Shown here piece by piece: positions 45,771 through 55,657 of a stretch of 59,438 nucleotides of DNA. The stretch's first letter is position 1; every line of letters starts with the position of its first letter. Location of the stretch: positions 1-59,438 of the forward strand of contig JAYKHR010000061.1 in assembly GCA_035285125.1 (NCBI GenBank), given 5' to 3'. The translations under genes were made by a program, and so were the position numbers. The notes under the pieces are model-generated. The model was not told where the DNA came from. It made no database searches and saw nothing but the letters and a program-made list of their open reading frames with translations. Origin of the DNA: Candidatus Sericytochromatia bacterium (lineage in GTDB: Bacteria > Cyanobacteriota > Sericytochromatia > S15B-MN24 > JAQBPE01).

Positions 45771-46715
45771 TTAGTCGTCCAGCTTCACGTCGCCGAGGGC
45801 GGGGGTGGGCGTGGCTGCGGGGCTTCCTGAGCCCTGCGGCACGAGCCCGTCGCGTCGGGGGACGTCCATCAGGAGTGGCTGGCCGTTGACCATCACCTCT
45901 CGGCCCTTGTCGTCGGTGGCGGTGAGCTCCATGCCTTTGGGGCGAGTCCGCAGCACCACGGCATAAGGCCAGCTGGTCTTGCGGTCCAGCACGATGCGCA
46001 GCGGAGGGTGGAGGGCGTTCGGGTCGAAGTCCCGCCGCCTGAGCTCGGCCTCGATGGTCACAATGCTGTCGGGCAAGGCGCCCGAGCGCTCCTGCACGGA
46101 CAGCACGGCGGACTTGACCAGGCCCATCCGTTGGCGCAACTCCAGCACGAGTTCCTCGCTGGGCTCGCCGGGGCCGCCCTCGCGGCTCAGTAGGAGCCAA
46201 GCCCCGGCTCCGACGAGCAGCAACCCGGCGGCCACGGCGGCGTACAGGCGGCGCTGGCGCTTCTGCGTCGTGGTCAGCCTTTTCACGGGAGCCGAGGCGG
46301 CGGGCGCCGCAGGCTCCAGCTTGTTGGTGCCACGCCCCCTGTTGACGCCCTCAGCAGGCCCTGGAGGCGTGCGGAGGGGCTTGGAGGGGGAACGCGCCTC
46401 CGTGAGCTCTCGCGTTGAAGGGCGCCCCTCGCCAATGGCGCCGGGCCGCTCAAGGGGGGCGGAACCACCACGCCGGCTTGGCGCCACGGGTTCCTCCGGA
46501 AGCTCCTCGGCGTAGCCGTCACGGACCTCGGCGGTCGCGGCCCGGGCAGCGGCCCGGGCGTGGTCCATGTTCGTTCTGCGCGCGTTCGTGACCTCGAGGC
46601 ACATGCCGCACATCCCATCCGCGCCGTAGTCCTTGCAGACGTCGCAGATGGCGGACTTGCACGTCACGCAGGTGCTGGTGGCTTCGGTGTCTTCGTGGTA
46701 GGCGCAGAGGGCCAT
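45771..46715 (-). CDS. B-box zinc-finger membrane protein
   Basis: CAYH...CVTC...ICDVC......CGMC N-terminus, disordered linker, one TM helix, extracytoplasmic C-terminal domain. Confidence 0.7.
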   Translation of the reverse strand: MALCAYHEDTEATSTCVTCKSAICDVCKDYGADGMCGMCLEVTNARRTNMDHARAAARAATAEVRDGYAEELPEEPVAPSRRGGSAPLERPGAIGEGRPSTRELTEARSPSKPLRTPPGPAEGVNRGRGTNKLEPAAPAASAPVKRLTTTQKRQRRLYAAVAAGLLLVGAGAWLLLSREGGPGEPSEELVLELRQRMGLVKSAVLSVQERSGALPDSIVTIEAELRRRDFDPNALHPPLRIVLDRKTSWPYAVVLRTRPKGMELTATDDKGREVMVNGQPLLMDVPRRDGLVPQGSGSPAATPTPALGDVKLDD

Positions 46716-46786
46716 GGGTTTCTCGTAGGGTCCGATGCGGCCGCGGGAGCGTTCCGTCACCATCTCGTTCCCGCTATCGCGGCGTG

Positions 46787-46822
46787 TCAAACAAAAGCCC
46801 CGGGCCACAAGGGCCCGGGGCT
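46787..46822 (-). terminator. Rho-independent terminator after rplS
   Basis: Minus strand AGCCCCGGGCC-CTTGT-GGCCCGGGGCT followed by TTTGTTTG. Confidence 0.8.
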
Positions 46823-46835
46823 CCTGGACCGGCAA

Positions 46836-47210
46836 CTACCTGGCGTGGTTGCTGGTCTTCTCTTTGATGCGGGTCGCCTTGCCCTGCAGGCCGCGCAGGT
46901 AGTACAGGCGGGCCCGCCGGACGTCACCCTTGCGCAGCACCTCGAACCGGTCCACGCGGGGGGAGTGGACGGGGAAAGTCCGCTCGACGCCCACGCCCTG
47001 GAAGATCCGGCGCACCACCACGGCGCGGTTCACGCCCGCGCCCTGGAGCTTGATGACGGTGCCTTCGTAAGCCTGGATGCGCTCTTTGCCACCCTCACGA
47101 ATCTTCGCGAAGACCTTGACGGTGTCGCCCGGCGCCATATCGGGGATGTTGGACTTCAGGTGGGGCTGCTCGATCGACTTGAGGATCTCGCCAGCGTTGA
47201 TCTTGGACAT
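46836..47210 (-). CDS. rplS: 50S ribosomal protein L19
   Basis: PGDTVKV...[55 protein letters not shown]. Confidence 0.97.
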   Translation of the reverse strand: MSKINAGEILKSIEQPHLKSNIPDMAPGDTVKVFAKIREGGKERIQAYEGTVIKLQGAGVNRAVVVRRIFQGVGVERTFPVHSPRVDRFEVLRKGDVRRARLYYLRGLQGKATRIKEKTSNHAR

Positions 47211-47373
47211 GGACAGGAAGCTCCTTGGTAGACGGAAGCGTCGCGCGTGAGCGTCAAACAGGCTGTGTGCACGCCGCCGGGCAGCCCCGAACGACGGCTC
47301 AGCGGGAGCGCGACCGGTCCGACCAGTGTAGCACGCCAGCGGGCAATTGATCCAGGTGAGGCGCAGCTTCTGG

Positions 47374-47952
47374 CTAGGAGAGGCGCGCAAGCACGCCGCG
47401 GCTGACGGCCTTGAGGGTGTCGAACACCCCGTGCCCCTGCGTCGCGGCGGCCTGGAAGCACGGCACGCCCCGTGGGTTGAGGGCGCGGTTCAGCTCATCC
47501 GCAGGGGTGACGTCGGGCAAGTCGCGCTTGTTGAGCTGCAGCACCCACGGCACCTCGTCCCGGTTAAGGCCGTACTCGGCCAGGTTCTCCACCATGTTTT
47601 GCATCGACTGCAGGTTCTCGGCCCACTTCGTGCGCTGAGAGTCAGCCACGAACACGATGCCGTCCACCCCGTTCAGGATGAGCTTCCTGCTGGCGTTGTA
47701 CTCCACCTGACCCGGGACGGTGTAAAGCGCGAAGCGGGTCTTGAAGCCCTGCACGCTGCCCAGATCGAGGGACAGGAAGTCGAAGTAGAGCGTCCGCTCC
47801 GTCGGCGTGGCCAGGTTGACCATCTGCCCCCGGACGTGGGGGGGGACTTGCTTGTGGATGAACTCAAGGTTGGTGGTCTTGCCGCCCAGGCCCGTGCCGT
47901 AATAAACGAGCTTGCAGTTGACTTCACGGGTGGCGTAGTTGATCAGGGCCAT
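47374..47952 (-). CDS. mglA: MglA-family small Ras-like GTPase
   Basis: [67 protein letters not shown]. Confidence 0.92.
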   Translation of the reverse strand: MALINYATREVNCKLVYYGTGLGGKTTNLEFIHKQVPPHVRGQMVNLATPTERTLYFDFLSLDLGSVQGFKTRFALYTVPGQVEYNASRKLILNGVDGIVFVADSQRTKWAENLQSMQNMVENLAEYGLNRDEVPWVLQLNKRDLPDVTPADELNRALNPRGVPCFQAAATQGHGVFDTLKAVSRGVLARLS

Positions 47953-48001
47953 GGGGCACTCTCCCGGCGAGGTCAGGGCAGGCGGTCGTGGTGCGACGAG
48001 A

Positions 48002-48466
48002 TCAGAACAGGTTGTCGATCGACTGGGACAGGTTCGACAGCGAGGGCTTCTTGTCGGTGTAGAGGGCCCGCATTTGGGCATTCAGGCGCTCCAGCGCCTG
48101 CATGGTCTTGAACTTTACCAGCCCCACCGTGACGGCTTGTCCAAACACCACGGCAAGGGTGTCGGTGGTGTCCAGCTGCACGACGAAGATGCTCTCCGTC
48201 TTGCCCTGCTGGAAGAGCGTCTTGAAGTGCTTCTCGCCGAGCAGGCGGGCCAGGGCCTTGGTGGAGGCGAACGAGCCGCTGATCAACGCTGCGAGGGACA
48301 GGGTGTCGAGGGTGCTCGTCTGCCCCTGTGCCGTGATGATCTGCCCACTTTTCTCGATCAGGAGCACGGCCCGGGCCCCCGTCTCGCGTTGCAGCTCACC
48401 CGTGAGCGCGTTCAATGCGTTGACGCCCGCCTCTGTGAGGACCAGGTTGCCGCTGGGCTTCTCCAT
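48002..48466 (-). CDS. mglB: MglB roadblock/LC7 GTPase-activating protein
   Basis: [41 protein letters not shown]; adjacent to mglA. Confidence 0.88.
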   Translation of the reverse strand: MEKPSGNLVLTEAGVNALNALTGELQRETGARAVLLIEKSGQIITAQGQTSTLDTLSLAALISGSFASTKALARLLGEKHFKTLFQQGKTESIFVVQLDTTDTLAVVFGQAVTVGLVKFKTMQALERLNAQMRALYTDKKPSLSNLSQSIDNLF

Positions 48467-48480
48467 CGCCGTGCCCGCCC

Positions 48481-49371
48481 TCAGCCCTGGGTGGCGGGGA
48501 GGGGCGCCGCGAGTTCATCCCACAGCGCGCGCTGTGCCGGGCTCGCCTCTTCGAGCATGGGCTGGACCACCCGATCGACGAAGGTGGGCCCGTAGACCTT
48601 CCCGATGTAGTCGGCCAAGACCGAGACCTGGGGCCGATAGGCCAACATCAGCTGGTCCTTGCCCAGGCCATTGGGGAGGCTGTCCTGGAGTCGCCCCCCG
48701 CGCCAGCGGAGGCCCAGCGCGGCGCTCCTGGCCTGCTCGTTGAGCCTCTGCTCCAGGCCCTCAACCATCTTGACGCCGCTGATGGAGGCGAACTGCGAGA
48801 AGAGGGCCGAGGCCACGTGCGCGAACAGCAGCCGCAGCTGCTCCTCAGGGGCGCACGAGAGCCCCAGCTGATCCGCCTGGTAGAGCCGGGTCACTTCCTC
48901 CAACAGGGAGAGCTCGCTGCCGGCATGCTGCTGCCGAAGGTCTTCGTATGACTTGCCGCTGCCGACGGTGGCGAGCAATGGCTCGATGCTTGCCTGGTAC
49001 ATCTGGGCAGGGTGCACCCAGGTCCGCGCCGAAAAGAAGTCGGGCAGCGCCTCGCGAAGCTCCCGCAGCCGCTCCAGGCGCCTGAGGCCTGAGCGCGTGA
49101 CGTCGTCGAGGGAAAGCGTCGCGCCACTCGTCGAGGTCGAGGAGCCGGGGTGGAAGTCGAAGACGCCGGTGGTCCAGAGGAACAGGTCTGCCGCGGCGTC
49201 CTCACCGGTCCGCTCCCCGATGGCTGCCCCCGTCAGCTGGCCGCCTTGAAGCACCACGTGGCCGGTGCGCCCCTCGCTGCGGAGGTTCAATGTGCCGGTG
49301 GCCTGGCCGAGCACCAGGATCTGGAGGAGATCCGGCAGGCTGAAGTCCTGGAGGCTACCTTCTTTGAGCAT
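48481..49371 (-). CDS. DUF4388 (PATAN-like) domain protein
   Basis: GSLQDFSLPDLLQIL....TGTL.L, G.V.L.GG.L..A, LFLWTTGVFDF. Confidence 0.8.
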   Translation of the reverse strand: MLKEGSLQDFSLPDLLQILVLGQATGTLNLRSEGRTGHVVLQGGQLTGAAIGERTGEDAAADLFLWTTGVFDFHPGSSTSTSGATLSLDDVTRSGLRRLERLRELREALPDFFSARTWVHPAQMYQASIEPLLATVGSGKSYEDLRQQHAGSELSLLEEVTRLYQADQLGLSCAPEEQLRLLFAHVASALFSQFASISGVKMVEGLEQRLNEQARSAALGLRWRGGRLQDSLPNGLGKDQLMLAYRPQVSVLADYIGKVYGPTFVDRVVQPMLEEASPAQRALWDELAAPLPATQG

Positions 49372-49401
49372 CGAGGCGTTCCTTAATTGAGGCCGGCGTC
49401 C

Positions 49402-50430
49402 CTATCGGGCGATGATCAGCTTCTCGGTGGGGGCGATCGCGCCGGCACCCTGCGGCACGGAGATCTTGGCGCGGCGTTCGATGGACCTGAACTCCCCCAC
49501 GAGGTCAGCCATCTCGGCCTCATCCAGCGGGTAGCGGTCGTTGAAGGCCAGCGCCCAGACTGGGATGTGGTCGCAGCGTGCGAGGAACCTCCTGAGCGCT
49601 TCCGCGTATACCTTGGCAGAGGGAAGGGGCATCCCGAGCGTCGGCGGCCCAGGAATCATCTCGACTTGCCCGGGCAGGGTGAGGTGGGGATCTCCCTTGA
49701 CCCAACCCTCGAAGAGCGTGTCGGACTCAGGGTACTGATGGAAGCCCAAGTGGGTGGGAGGATAACAGAAAAGGAGGTCTGCTTCAACACGCGGCGCATG
49801 CTGGTAAGCGTCGCCCCAGTGCGCCTCGTTGGCCATGCCATTGTTGAACACGAGCGCATTGAGCGTCTGGACATAGTGGGCGAACACCTGTGTCGGCTCG
49901 AGCGGCTTGGGGAGGATCGCCTCCCGGTTAAACGAGCGCCAGTACCTCATCGTGTGGCCCACCGCCACCGCACCGATGGCCCGCTCGGTGGCCCCGAGGT
50001 CGGCCGCGGCCAGATGCGCGTGCCAGATGCCGAGCCAGATTGTCTCCTCCGGGCTGAACAGCCGGTGGGCCCAGGGGCCGAATCGGGTTGCCACCCGCGG
50101 GTCTTTCAGGACGGCGGTCCAGGCGGCCAGGCGCTCGGCGGCCACGTGGCGCTCGTTGTTCGCCACCAGCGCGCGGGCGTGGCAGTAATTGCCTTCGAGC
50201 ACGTCCCCCACGATCACACGTTTGCCGTTTCGCTTGAAGTATCGGGCCACCACGCCATCGCCCGCGAACGGGTCGTAGAGCGTGCGGAACGACACGGTGG
50301 ACAGCAGCTCGTGGTACCAGCTCGGCAGCATCCACTTCGCGCGGGGCGATAGGGCGGCACGCCGAGCGGGGCGCTCGGCCCCCTCCTCGGCGGTGGTCGT
50401 CTCCTGGTTCGCCTGCAAGTCCTGCCTCAC
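49402..50430 (-). CDS. DNA adenine methyltransferase-like protein with degenerate catalytic motif
   Basis: Motif I YDPFAGDGVVARYFK..G..VI..D; motif IV position reads DLLFCYPPT instead of DL.YLDPPY; ends E.LIIAR. Confidence 0.6.
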   Translation of the reverse strand: MRQDLQANQETTTAEEGAERPARRAALSPRAKWMLPSWYHELLSTVSFRTLYDPFAGDGVVARYFKRNGKRVIVGDVLEGNYCHARALVANNERHVAAERLAAWTAVLKDPRVATRFGPWAHRLFSPEETIWLGIWHAHLAAADLGATERAIGAVAVGHTMRYWRSFNREAILPKPLEPTQVFAHYVQTLNALVFNNGMANEAHWGDAYQHAPRVEADLLFCYPPTHLGFHQYPESDTLFEGWVKGDPHLTLPGQVEMIPGPPTLGMPLPSAKVYAEALRRFLARCDHIPVWALAFNDRYPLDEAEMADLVGEFRSIERRAKISVPQGAGAIAPTEKLIIAR

Positions 50431-50433
50431 CGT

Positions 50434-51063
50434 CTAGAAGTCCACCTGTCGGGAGCGGGTCCACCCCGTGCCGCTTTCGTTGCCGTCCACCTCGACCGCC
50501 CAGCGGTATCGACCGGGCGCCACGGCCTGCCCGAAGACTGCGGTGGGCTCACCCACCCACGGGCTATTCCACCGGAAGCCCCCTGCCTCGCTCTCCACGC
50601 GGACCCTGTAGCGCTGGGCCTTGGGGTGGACTGACCAGTGGAAGGGCACCACCGCCTCCGCGCTGATCACCAGGGCCATGGCATCGTCGGGGTACAGCAG
50701 CCCATTATAGGCCACTTCGAACGCAGGCACCTCCTTGCCCGAGCCTTCCACGTAGTCAAAGGCCAGGGAACGCCACTCAGCGACCTCGTTCGGCAAGACG
50801 CGGGGGCCGTCCCCCTCGCCGCGGAAGACGATCTGGTAGCGCCGTGGCGGCAGGCCGCTGAAGGTGTAGCGGCCGCTGGCGTCGGTGGCGGCCGCTCGCG
50901 TCTCGCCGCCGACGAGCTGCACGCGCTTTCCGGCGGCCGGCCGGCCGTCGTATGTCACCACCCCGGTGATGGTCCCGGGCGCAGCGCCTCCCCAGCAACT
51001 GCAGCAGCCGAACCCCAGGAACACGAGGGAGGCCTGACGGGCCATTTTGGCTGCAGGCACCAT
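50434..51063 (-). CDS. Putative exported protein/lipoprotein with carboxypeptidase-regulatory-like (transthyretin-like) domain
   Basis: Hydrophobic, Cys-containing N-terminus; GTITGVVTYDGRPAAG..VQL, TDASGRYTFSGLPP..Y. Confidence 0.65.
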   Translation of the reverse strand: MVPAAKMARQASLVFLGFGCCSCWGGAAPGTITGVVTYDGRPAAGKRVQLVGGETRAAATDASGRYTFSGLPPRRYQIVFRGEGDGPRVLPNEVAEWRSLAFDYVEGSGKEVPAFEVAYNGLLYPDDAMALVISAEAVVPFHWSVHPKAQRYRVRVESEAGGFRWNSPWVGEPTAVFGQAVAPGRYRWAVEVDGNESGTGWTRSRQVDF

Positions 51064-51067
51064 GGGA

Positions 51068-52630
51068 TCAGAACCGCATGGTCGACTTGAACAGCAGCGA
51101 CTCGGAGGTGATGGGGTCCTGGTCGTTAGGGAGGAAGATGTCCTCGATGAGCTTGGCCTGGGCGTTGTACTCGACGACGAGGCCCGGAATCACGGGGTTC
51201 TCGATGCCCAGCTGGATCGACAGGCCGGCGTTTTTGCCGAGGGCCTGACCGCCGGGCCCCGTGGTTTCCTTGCGGTCGGTGCGCGCGGGCGCGTTCCAGG
51301 TGAAGTTGTCGACGAGGGCCAGCGTGACGGTGGGGAGCGTCAGGCGGTCGCCGAACAGCGAGTAGGCCGGCAGACCGATCACGCCACCGTAGCTGAGCAC
51401 GTCGACGCTGCGGCCCGGATCTGATGCGGAGGTCAGGATGCCGTTGAGGTCGATGCCGGCCACGCTCCCGCGGATGCCGCCGCCGAACTGGGTGATCGCA
51501 TCGTTGGTGATGTTCACCTGGAAGGTGCCGCCCACGGGCCCCTCCCCCCCCACGTCGATGACCGCGGCGGTGTTGTAGGTGGTCTTGACCCGCTGCGGCG
51601 TGTTGAGCAGCTGCTGGGTGATGGCCTTGTGGTCGGTCTCGAAGCCAGCCTTGACGCTGACGATTCCCCACGAGGCCCCGAGCTGGGCCGCGATGATGTT
51701 GGAGTTGAGGGCTCCCATCACGCTGAGCGGACCCAGCGGTGCGTCCACCGAGAGGCCCACGTCGCTGCCGACGCGCATCGCCGAGGCGTCGGGGCCGAGG
51801 GCGCCCACGCCCACCAGGAAGTCGCCCGTGCGGAAGGGCTGATCCGTGGACGGCCCGAAACCCACCAGCCACAACGGGAAGCGTCCCAAGTTGAGCGTCG
51901 CGGCCCCGATCTTGCTCGTCACCCGCGCGCTGCGCAGCGTGATGGTGTCTGCCGTGGGGGTCCTGCCGAGGGCCCCCGCCATCACGGCTGGCACGTCGCC
52001 CGAGCCCGAGGCCTTGATCGAGCCCCCGATTGCGGCATCGTAGCTGGTGGCCTCGGACACCTTGCCCGCAAAGGTGACGGCCAAGGTGCTGCCCACGTAG
52101 GGCGCCGTGCGGTCTTTGCCCACGTCGAGGAGTTCGTCGCCGAGGACGCTGTCGACGCGTCCCTTGAGCGTGATCATCTTGCCGAGCTTGTCCTGCAGCC
52201 CCTTGAGGTTGTCCTCGCTGACCTTGATGCGCCCCTCGAGGTCCCCGAGCTCCTTCTTGAACTCGGTGCGCAGGCGGTCGAGCGTGGCCTTGTCCTGTTC
52301 GGTCGCCGCCACGGGAGGGGCTGCGGCGGTGGCCGGGGCGGCGGCGGCCACGGGCTGCCCTGCCGCGAGCTTCTGCATGACGCGCGTCAGCGCAGCGGCG
52401 AGCTCATAGCGGGTCACGGTCCGCGTCCCGCGGAAGGTCCCGTCCGGGTAACCGTCCATGACGCCATAGCGCTCCGTCAGCTGCTGGATGGCTCGGTACG
52501 CCCAGTGGTCGGGGGGCACATCCGTGAGCTCCGCGGCCGTGACGGCCAGCGCCGGCGTGGGGGCGAAGGTCAGGGCCAGGGCGGCCAGGCCCCAGGCCAG
52601 ACGAGCCGAGAAACCAGCAGGGACGCGCAA
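51068..52630 (-). CDS. SLH-domain outer-membrane porin-like protein (cyanobacterial SomA / OmpM-like architecture)
   Basis: Signal peptide; TDVPPDHWAYRAIQQL.ERYGVMDGYPDGTFRG.R.VTRYELAAAL; coiled coil D.ATL.RL..EF..EL; beta-rich C-terminus ending in F. Confidence 0.82.
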   Translation of the reverse strand: MRVPAGFSARLAWGLAALALTFAPTPALAVTAAELTDVPPDHWAYRAIQQLTERYGVMDGYPDGTFRGTRTVTRYELAAALTRVMQKLAAGQPVAAAAPATAAAPPVAATEQDKATLDRLRTEFKKELGDLEGRIKVSEDNLKGLQDKLGKMITLKGRVDSVLGDELLDVGKDRTAPYVGSTLAVTFAGKVSEATSYDAAIGGSIKASGSGDVPAVMAGALGRTPTADTITLRSARVTSKIGAATLNLGRFPLWLVGFGPSTDQPFRTGDFLVGVGALGPDASAMRVGSDVGLSVDAPLGPLSVMGALNSNIIAAQLGASWGIVSVKAGFETDHKAITQQLLNTPQRVKTTYNTAAVIDVGGEGPVGGTFQVNITNDAITQFGGGIRGSVAGIDLNGILTSASDPGRSVDVLSYGGVIGLPAYSLFGDRLTLPTVTLALVDNFTWNAPARTDRKETTGPGGQALGKNAGLSIQLGIENPVIPGLVVEYNAQAKLIEDIFLPNDQDPITSESLLFKSTMRF

Positions 52631-52728
52631 GCAGGAAGCTCCAGTCGTGGCGGGGGGCGGCAGCGTCGAGGGTGGCTCGCCCGCTGCTTCATACCCCGGC
52701 GCCCCGAGAGGCTACCCGGCCACCGGTC

Positions 52729-53472
52729 CTACCAGTAGCGGATCTTGGGTGGGCTGAAGTACTTCTCCCGCCTGGCCGCCGAGCGCGACACGTCGTCCTT
52801 CTTCTTTGGCTTTTCCCGCGGGGGCGTCGCGCTGAGCGACTTCACGTTCCGCATGCGGTTGAAGATGAGGCGGATGAGCTTGGAGCGATCCATCTCGTGG
52901 ATGCTCACGAACTCCATCGCCGTCAGCACCGGGGACGCCAGGGGCTTGCGGATCACCTTGGCGGTCGCGAGCAGGGTCTCCCCCGGAAGGTAGACCCTGA
53001 CGGTGTAAAGCCCGGGCAGCAGCGGCTGCTCCAGGGCGCAGAGGAGACCACCGCCCGAGACGTTCACGGTCTTGCCGCGGGTCCGCACGATCTCGGAGCC
53101 GAAGCTGCGCCCACCGCTGCCCAGGGTGTAGGACTCGATAACGTCAACCGCGAGTTCCATGCCCAGCCTGTAGAAGCGTCGTCTATCGACGGAAGGGGCC
53201 TCTTCGACGGGCTGCTGGCTGCCGCCGAGCGGGATCGTGATCTCGAGGGCGACGTACTGGCCGCAGCGACCCAGGTCGAACTTGACCTCGCGCCCGTCGG
53301 CCAGCGTGGCCCGACCGATGAGGCCTTCGTGGCTGAGGGCCGGCTGGCTGATCCCAACCCTGACGACGAGCTTCTCGTCGTCCAAGCTCACGACCTCGCC
53401 CTGGGCCACCTGGCCCTCGAGCACGAGGTCGAGGGCGTCACCCGGCTGGAGGGGAAGATCGGGAACGGCCAT
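52729..53472 (-). CDS. PilZ domain (YcgR-like) c-di-GMP receptor
   Basis: RRRFYR (RxxxR) and NVSGGG (D/NxSxxG), F..I.E.DR.KLIRLIF. Confidence 0.85.
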   Translation of the reverse strand: MAVPDLPLQPGDALDLVLEGQVAQGEVVSLDDEKLVVRVGISQPALSHEGLIGRATLADGREVKFDLGRCGQYVALEITIPLGGSQQPVEEAPSVDRRRFYRLGMELAVDVIESYTLGSGGRSFGSEIVRTRGKTVNVSGGGLLCALEQPLLPGLYTVRVYLPGETLLATAKVIRKPLASPVLTAMEFVSIHEMDRSKLIRLIFNRMRNVKSLSATPPREKPKKKDDVSRSAARREKYFSPPKIRYW

Positions 53473-53506
53473 GGCTACCTCCCTGGAGGGGGCCCCGCCG
53501 GGCGGC

Positions 53507-54442
53507 TCAGACCTGCTGGTTGGGCAGCGTCAGCCACTGGTTGGGGTAAATCGTCGTCCGACCACGAAGGGCCGCCTTGTTCAGGGCGACGATTTCCCGC
53601 CAACGGGTCGCATCGCCCAAGGCCTTCGCCGCGATGATGTAAAGGTTCTCGCCAGGGGCGACCTGGTACTGCTTGCGGCTGGCCACGTTGCCGACAGGGC
53701 CCGCCGGCTGCGGCGACGTGTTGATCACCAGCCGCTGCCCAGTCCGGAGCAGGTAGCCATGGCCAACCTTGTCCTGGTTGGCGTTGTAGATCTCGCGCCA
53801 GCGAGAACCGCTGCCCAGCACCTCGCGGGCGATGGAGTACAGCGAGTCGCCCTGCTGCACGCGGTACAGCGTGGCGCTGCGGCCCTCGCGTTTGGTCGTG
53901 ACGGCCACCTTGCGTTGCTCCGAAAAGATCGAGCGCAGCCGGGGGTTCATCGAGAAGGCTTGGGGCTCCGCCCTGGCCGCGCGGGGCTCCGCCAGGGGCG
54001 CGGAGAGGGGGGCTGCTGCCTGGGTCCGGACGGCCTGCATCGGACGGGTGAAGGGGAAAAGCTGCGGACCCGTGGCCGCGAGCGCGGGGGGGACGTCGCG
54101 CGAGGGGGGGGCGGCCGGCCGGGCCGCCATGGCCAACATCATGTTGGGCGGCAGCGGGGTGCCGGCGAAGGCGGGCACGGGGGCCAACACGGCGGGCAGC
54201 GTGGCGATGCCTGCGGCGGCGACGCGCGTCACGGTCGGCCCGGCTGCGCGGTAGCGCTCCCGCGGCGCGCCCGTGAGGTCGACCTCACCGAGGGGCCCCC
54301 AGCCGCGCAGCAACGCGCTGGCGAGTGCCGCGTCCGTGCCCTTGAGCATCTCCTGCAGGAGGGTCAGTTCATCGGCGATGTCGTCTCCACCTGGCGTGGG
54401 GCCACACGGCTCGTGCACCTGGTCGTTCAATTCTGCGTGCAT
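53507..54442 (-). CDS. Protein with two C-terminal LysM domains
   Basis: YRVQQGDSLYSIAREVLGSGSRWREIYNAN and YQVAPGENLYIIA..ALGD..RWREI..LN...IYPNQ.L.LP. Confidence 0.85.
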   Translation of the reverse strand: MHAELNDQVHEPCGPTPGGDDIADELTLLQEMLKGTDAALASALLRGWGPLGEVDLTGAPRERYRAAGPTVTRVAAAGIATLPAVLAPVPAFAGTPLPPNMMLAMAARPAAPPSRDVPPALAATGPQLFPFTRPMQAVRTQAAAPLSAPLAEPRAARAEPQAFSMNPRLRSIFSEQRKVAVTTKREGRSATLYRVQQGDSLYSIAREVLGSGSRWREIYNANQDKVGHGYLLRTGQRLVINTSPQPAGPVGNVASRKQYQVAPGENLYIIAAKALGDATRWREIVALNKAALRGRTTIYPNQWLTLPNQQV

Positions 54443-54741
54443 GGTGAGGGGAACACCTCTTGGAAGGGGTGGGGCCCGTGGGGGCCTGCTGGCCGGCGGG
54501 TCGGAGAGGCTCCAACGCCCACCAAGCATAGGCCACCCCGCTCTGGCCGGGATGTTAGGTCGATCACCTACCAGATCCCTGCTTTCATTATATACAGGAG
54601 GCCCGTGTGCTAACGCCGTTGGGCGTCACGGCCCGTCCCCCGTGGACGCTCCTTGCAAAGCATGCGAAGATACGTTCGCCGCAGCGGCCCCACGGGCCCG
54701 CTCGTGACCACGCGACACAGCCACACCACAGCAGCGAAACG

Positions 54742-55101
54742 ATGACCGAAACCACCTTCGCCCTGATCGTCACGTTCACGATCGCCACGGTCCTGCCGCT
54801 CATCATCCTCGGACTCTCTGCGGTCCTCGGCCCCCAGAAGGCCGGGGCTAACAAGCTTGAGCCCTACGAGTCTGGCGTCACGGCCCCCGTGGGCACGGCA
54901 CGGGAGCGCTTCTCGGTCAAGTTCTACCTGGTGGCGATCCTGTTCATCGTGTTCGATGTGGAAGCTGTCTTCCTCTTCCCGTGGGCAGTGAACTTCCGCG
55001 AACTCGGCCTCTTCGGCCTCGCCGAGATGTTTATCTTCATCGGGGTGCTGTTCGCCGGCTTCGTCTACGTGCTGAAGAAAGGGGCGCTCAAATGGGACTA
55101 G
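54742..55101 (+). CDS. nuoA: NADH-quinone oxidoreductase subunit A
   Basis: [39 protein letters not shown]. Confidence 0.95.
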   Translation: MTETTFALIVTFTIATVLPLIILGLSAVLGPQKAGANKLEPYESGVTAPVGTARERFSVKFYLVAILFIVFDVEAVFLFPWAVNFRELGLFGLAEMFIFIGVLFAGFVYVLKKGALKWD

Positions 55102-55634
55102 AATCCCTCGAGTCCAAGCTGCCTGACGGCGTCATCACGACCACGCTCGATGCAGTCCTCAACTGGGGGCGGGAGCACTCGCTGTGGCCGATGCCTTTCG
55201 GTACGGCTTGCTGCGCGATCGAGTTCATGGGGACGGTGTCGTCGGCTTACGACATCAGCCGCTTCGGCGCCGAACTCGTGCGCTTCTCACCGCGTCAGGC
55301 CGACTTGATGCTGGTCGCTGGCACCATCAACTACAAGCAGGCGCCGATTCTCAAGCGAATCTATGAGCAGATGGCCTCGCCCAAGTGGGTCATCTCGATG
55401 GGCGTGTGTGCGAGTTCGGGCGGCTTCTACGACAACTACGCCGTCGTTCAGGGCATCGACGAGATCATCCCGGTCGACGTCTACATCGGGGGGTGCCCGC
55501 CGCGCCCTGAGGCCGTGCTGGATGCCGTGATGAAAATTCAGGGCAAGATGGGCGTCTCCTCCGTCAAGGACGCCACCTACACTGGCGTCGCGGAGGCCAC
55601 GGCGCAGCGCCGCCTCGACCTCGGCGTGCGCTGA
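55092..55634 (+). CDS. nuoB: NADH-quinone oxidoreductase subunit B
   Basis: [47 protein letters not shown]. Confidence 0.96.
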   Translation: MGLESLESKLPDGVITTTLDAVLNWGREHSLWPMPFGTACCAIEFMGTVSSAYDISRFGAELVRFSPRQADLMLVAGTINYKQAPILKRIYEQMASPKWVISMGVCASSGGFYDNYAVVQGIDEIIPVDVYIGGCPPRPEAVLDAVMKIQGKMGVSSVKDATYTGVAEATAQRRLDLGVR

Positions 55635-55657
55635 ACGACAGAGGCACCAAGCAGATC

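Noticed and set aside
47211..47330. Structured L19 leader or riboswitch upstream of rplS
   Set aside because: A ~110-nt UTR with TGC-TACACT -10 is plausible, but I cannot match a known RNA motif by eye. It needs an Infernal/Rfam search.
49402..50430. Restriction-modification or other defence system
   Set aside because: No nuclease or specificity gene nearby, and the catalytic motif is degenerate.
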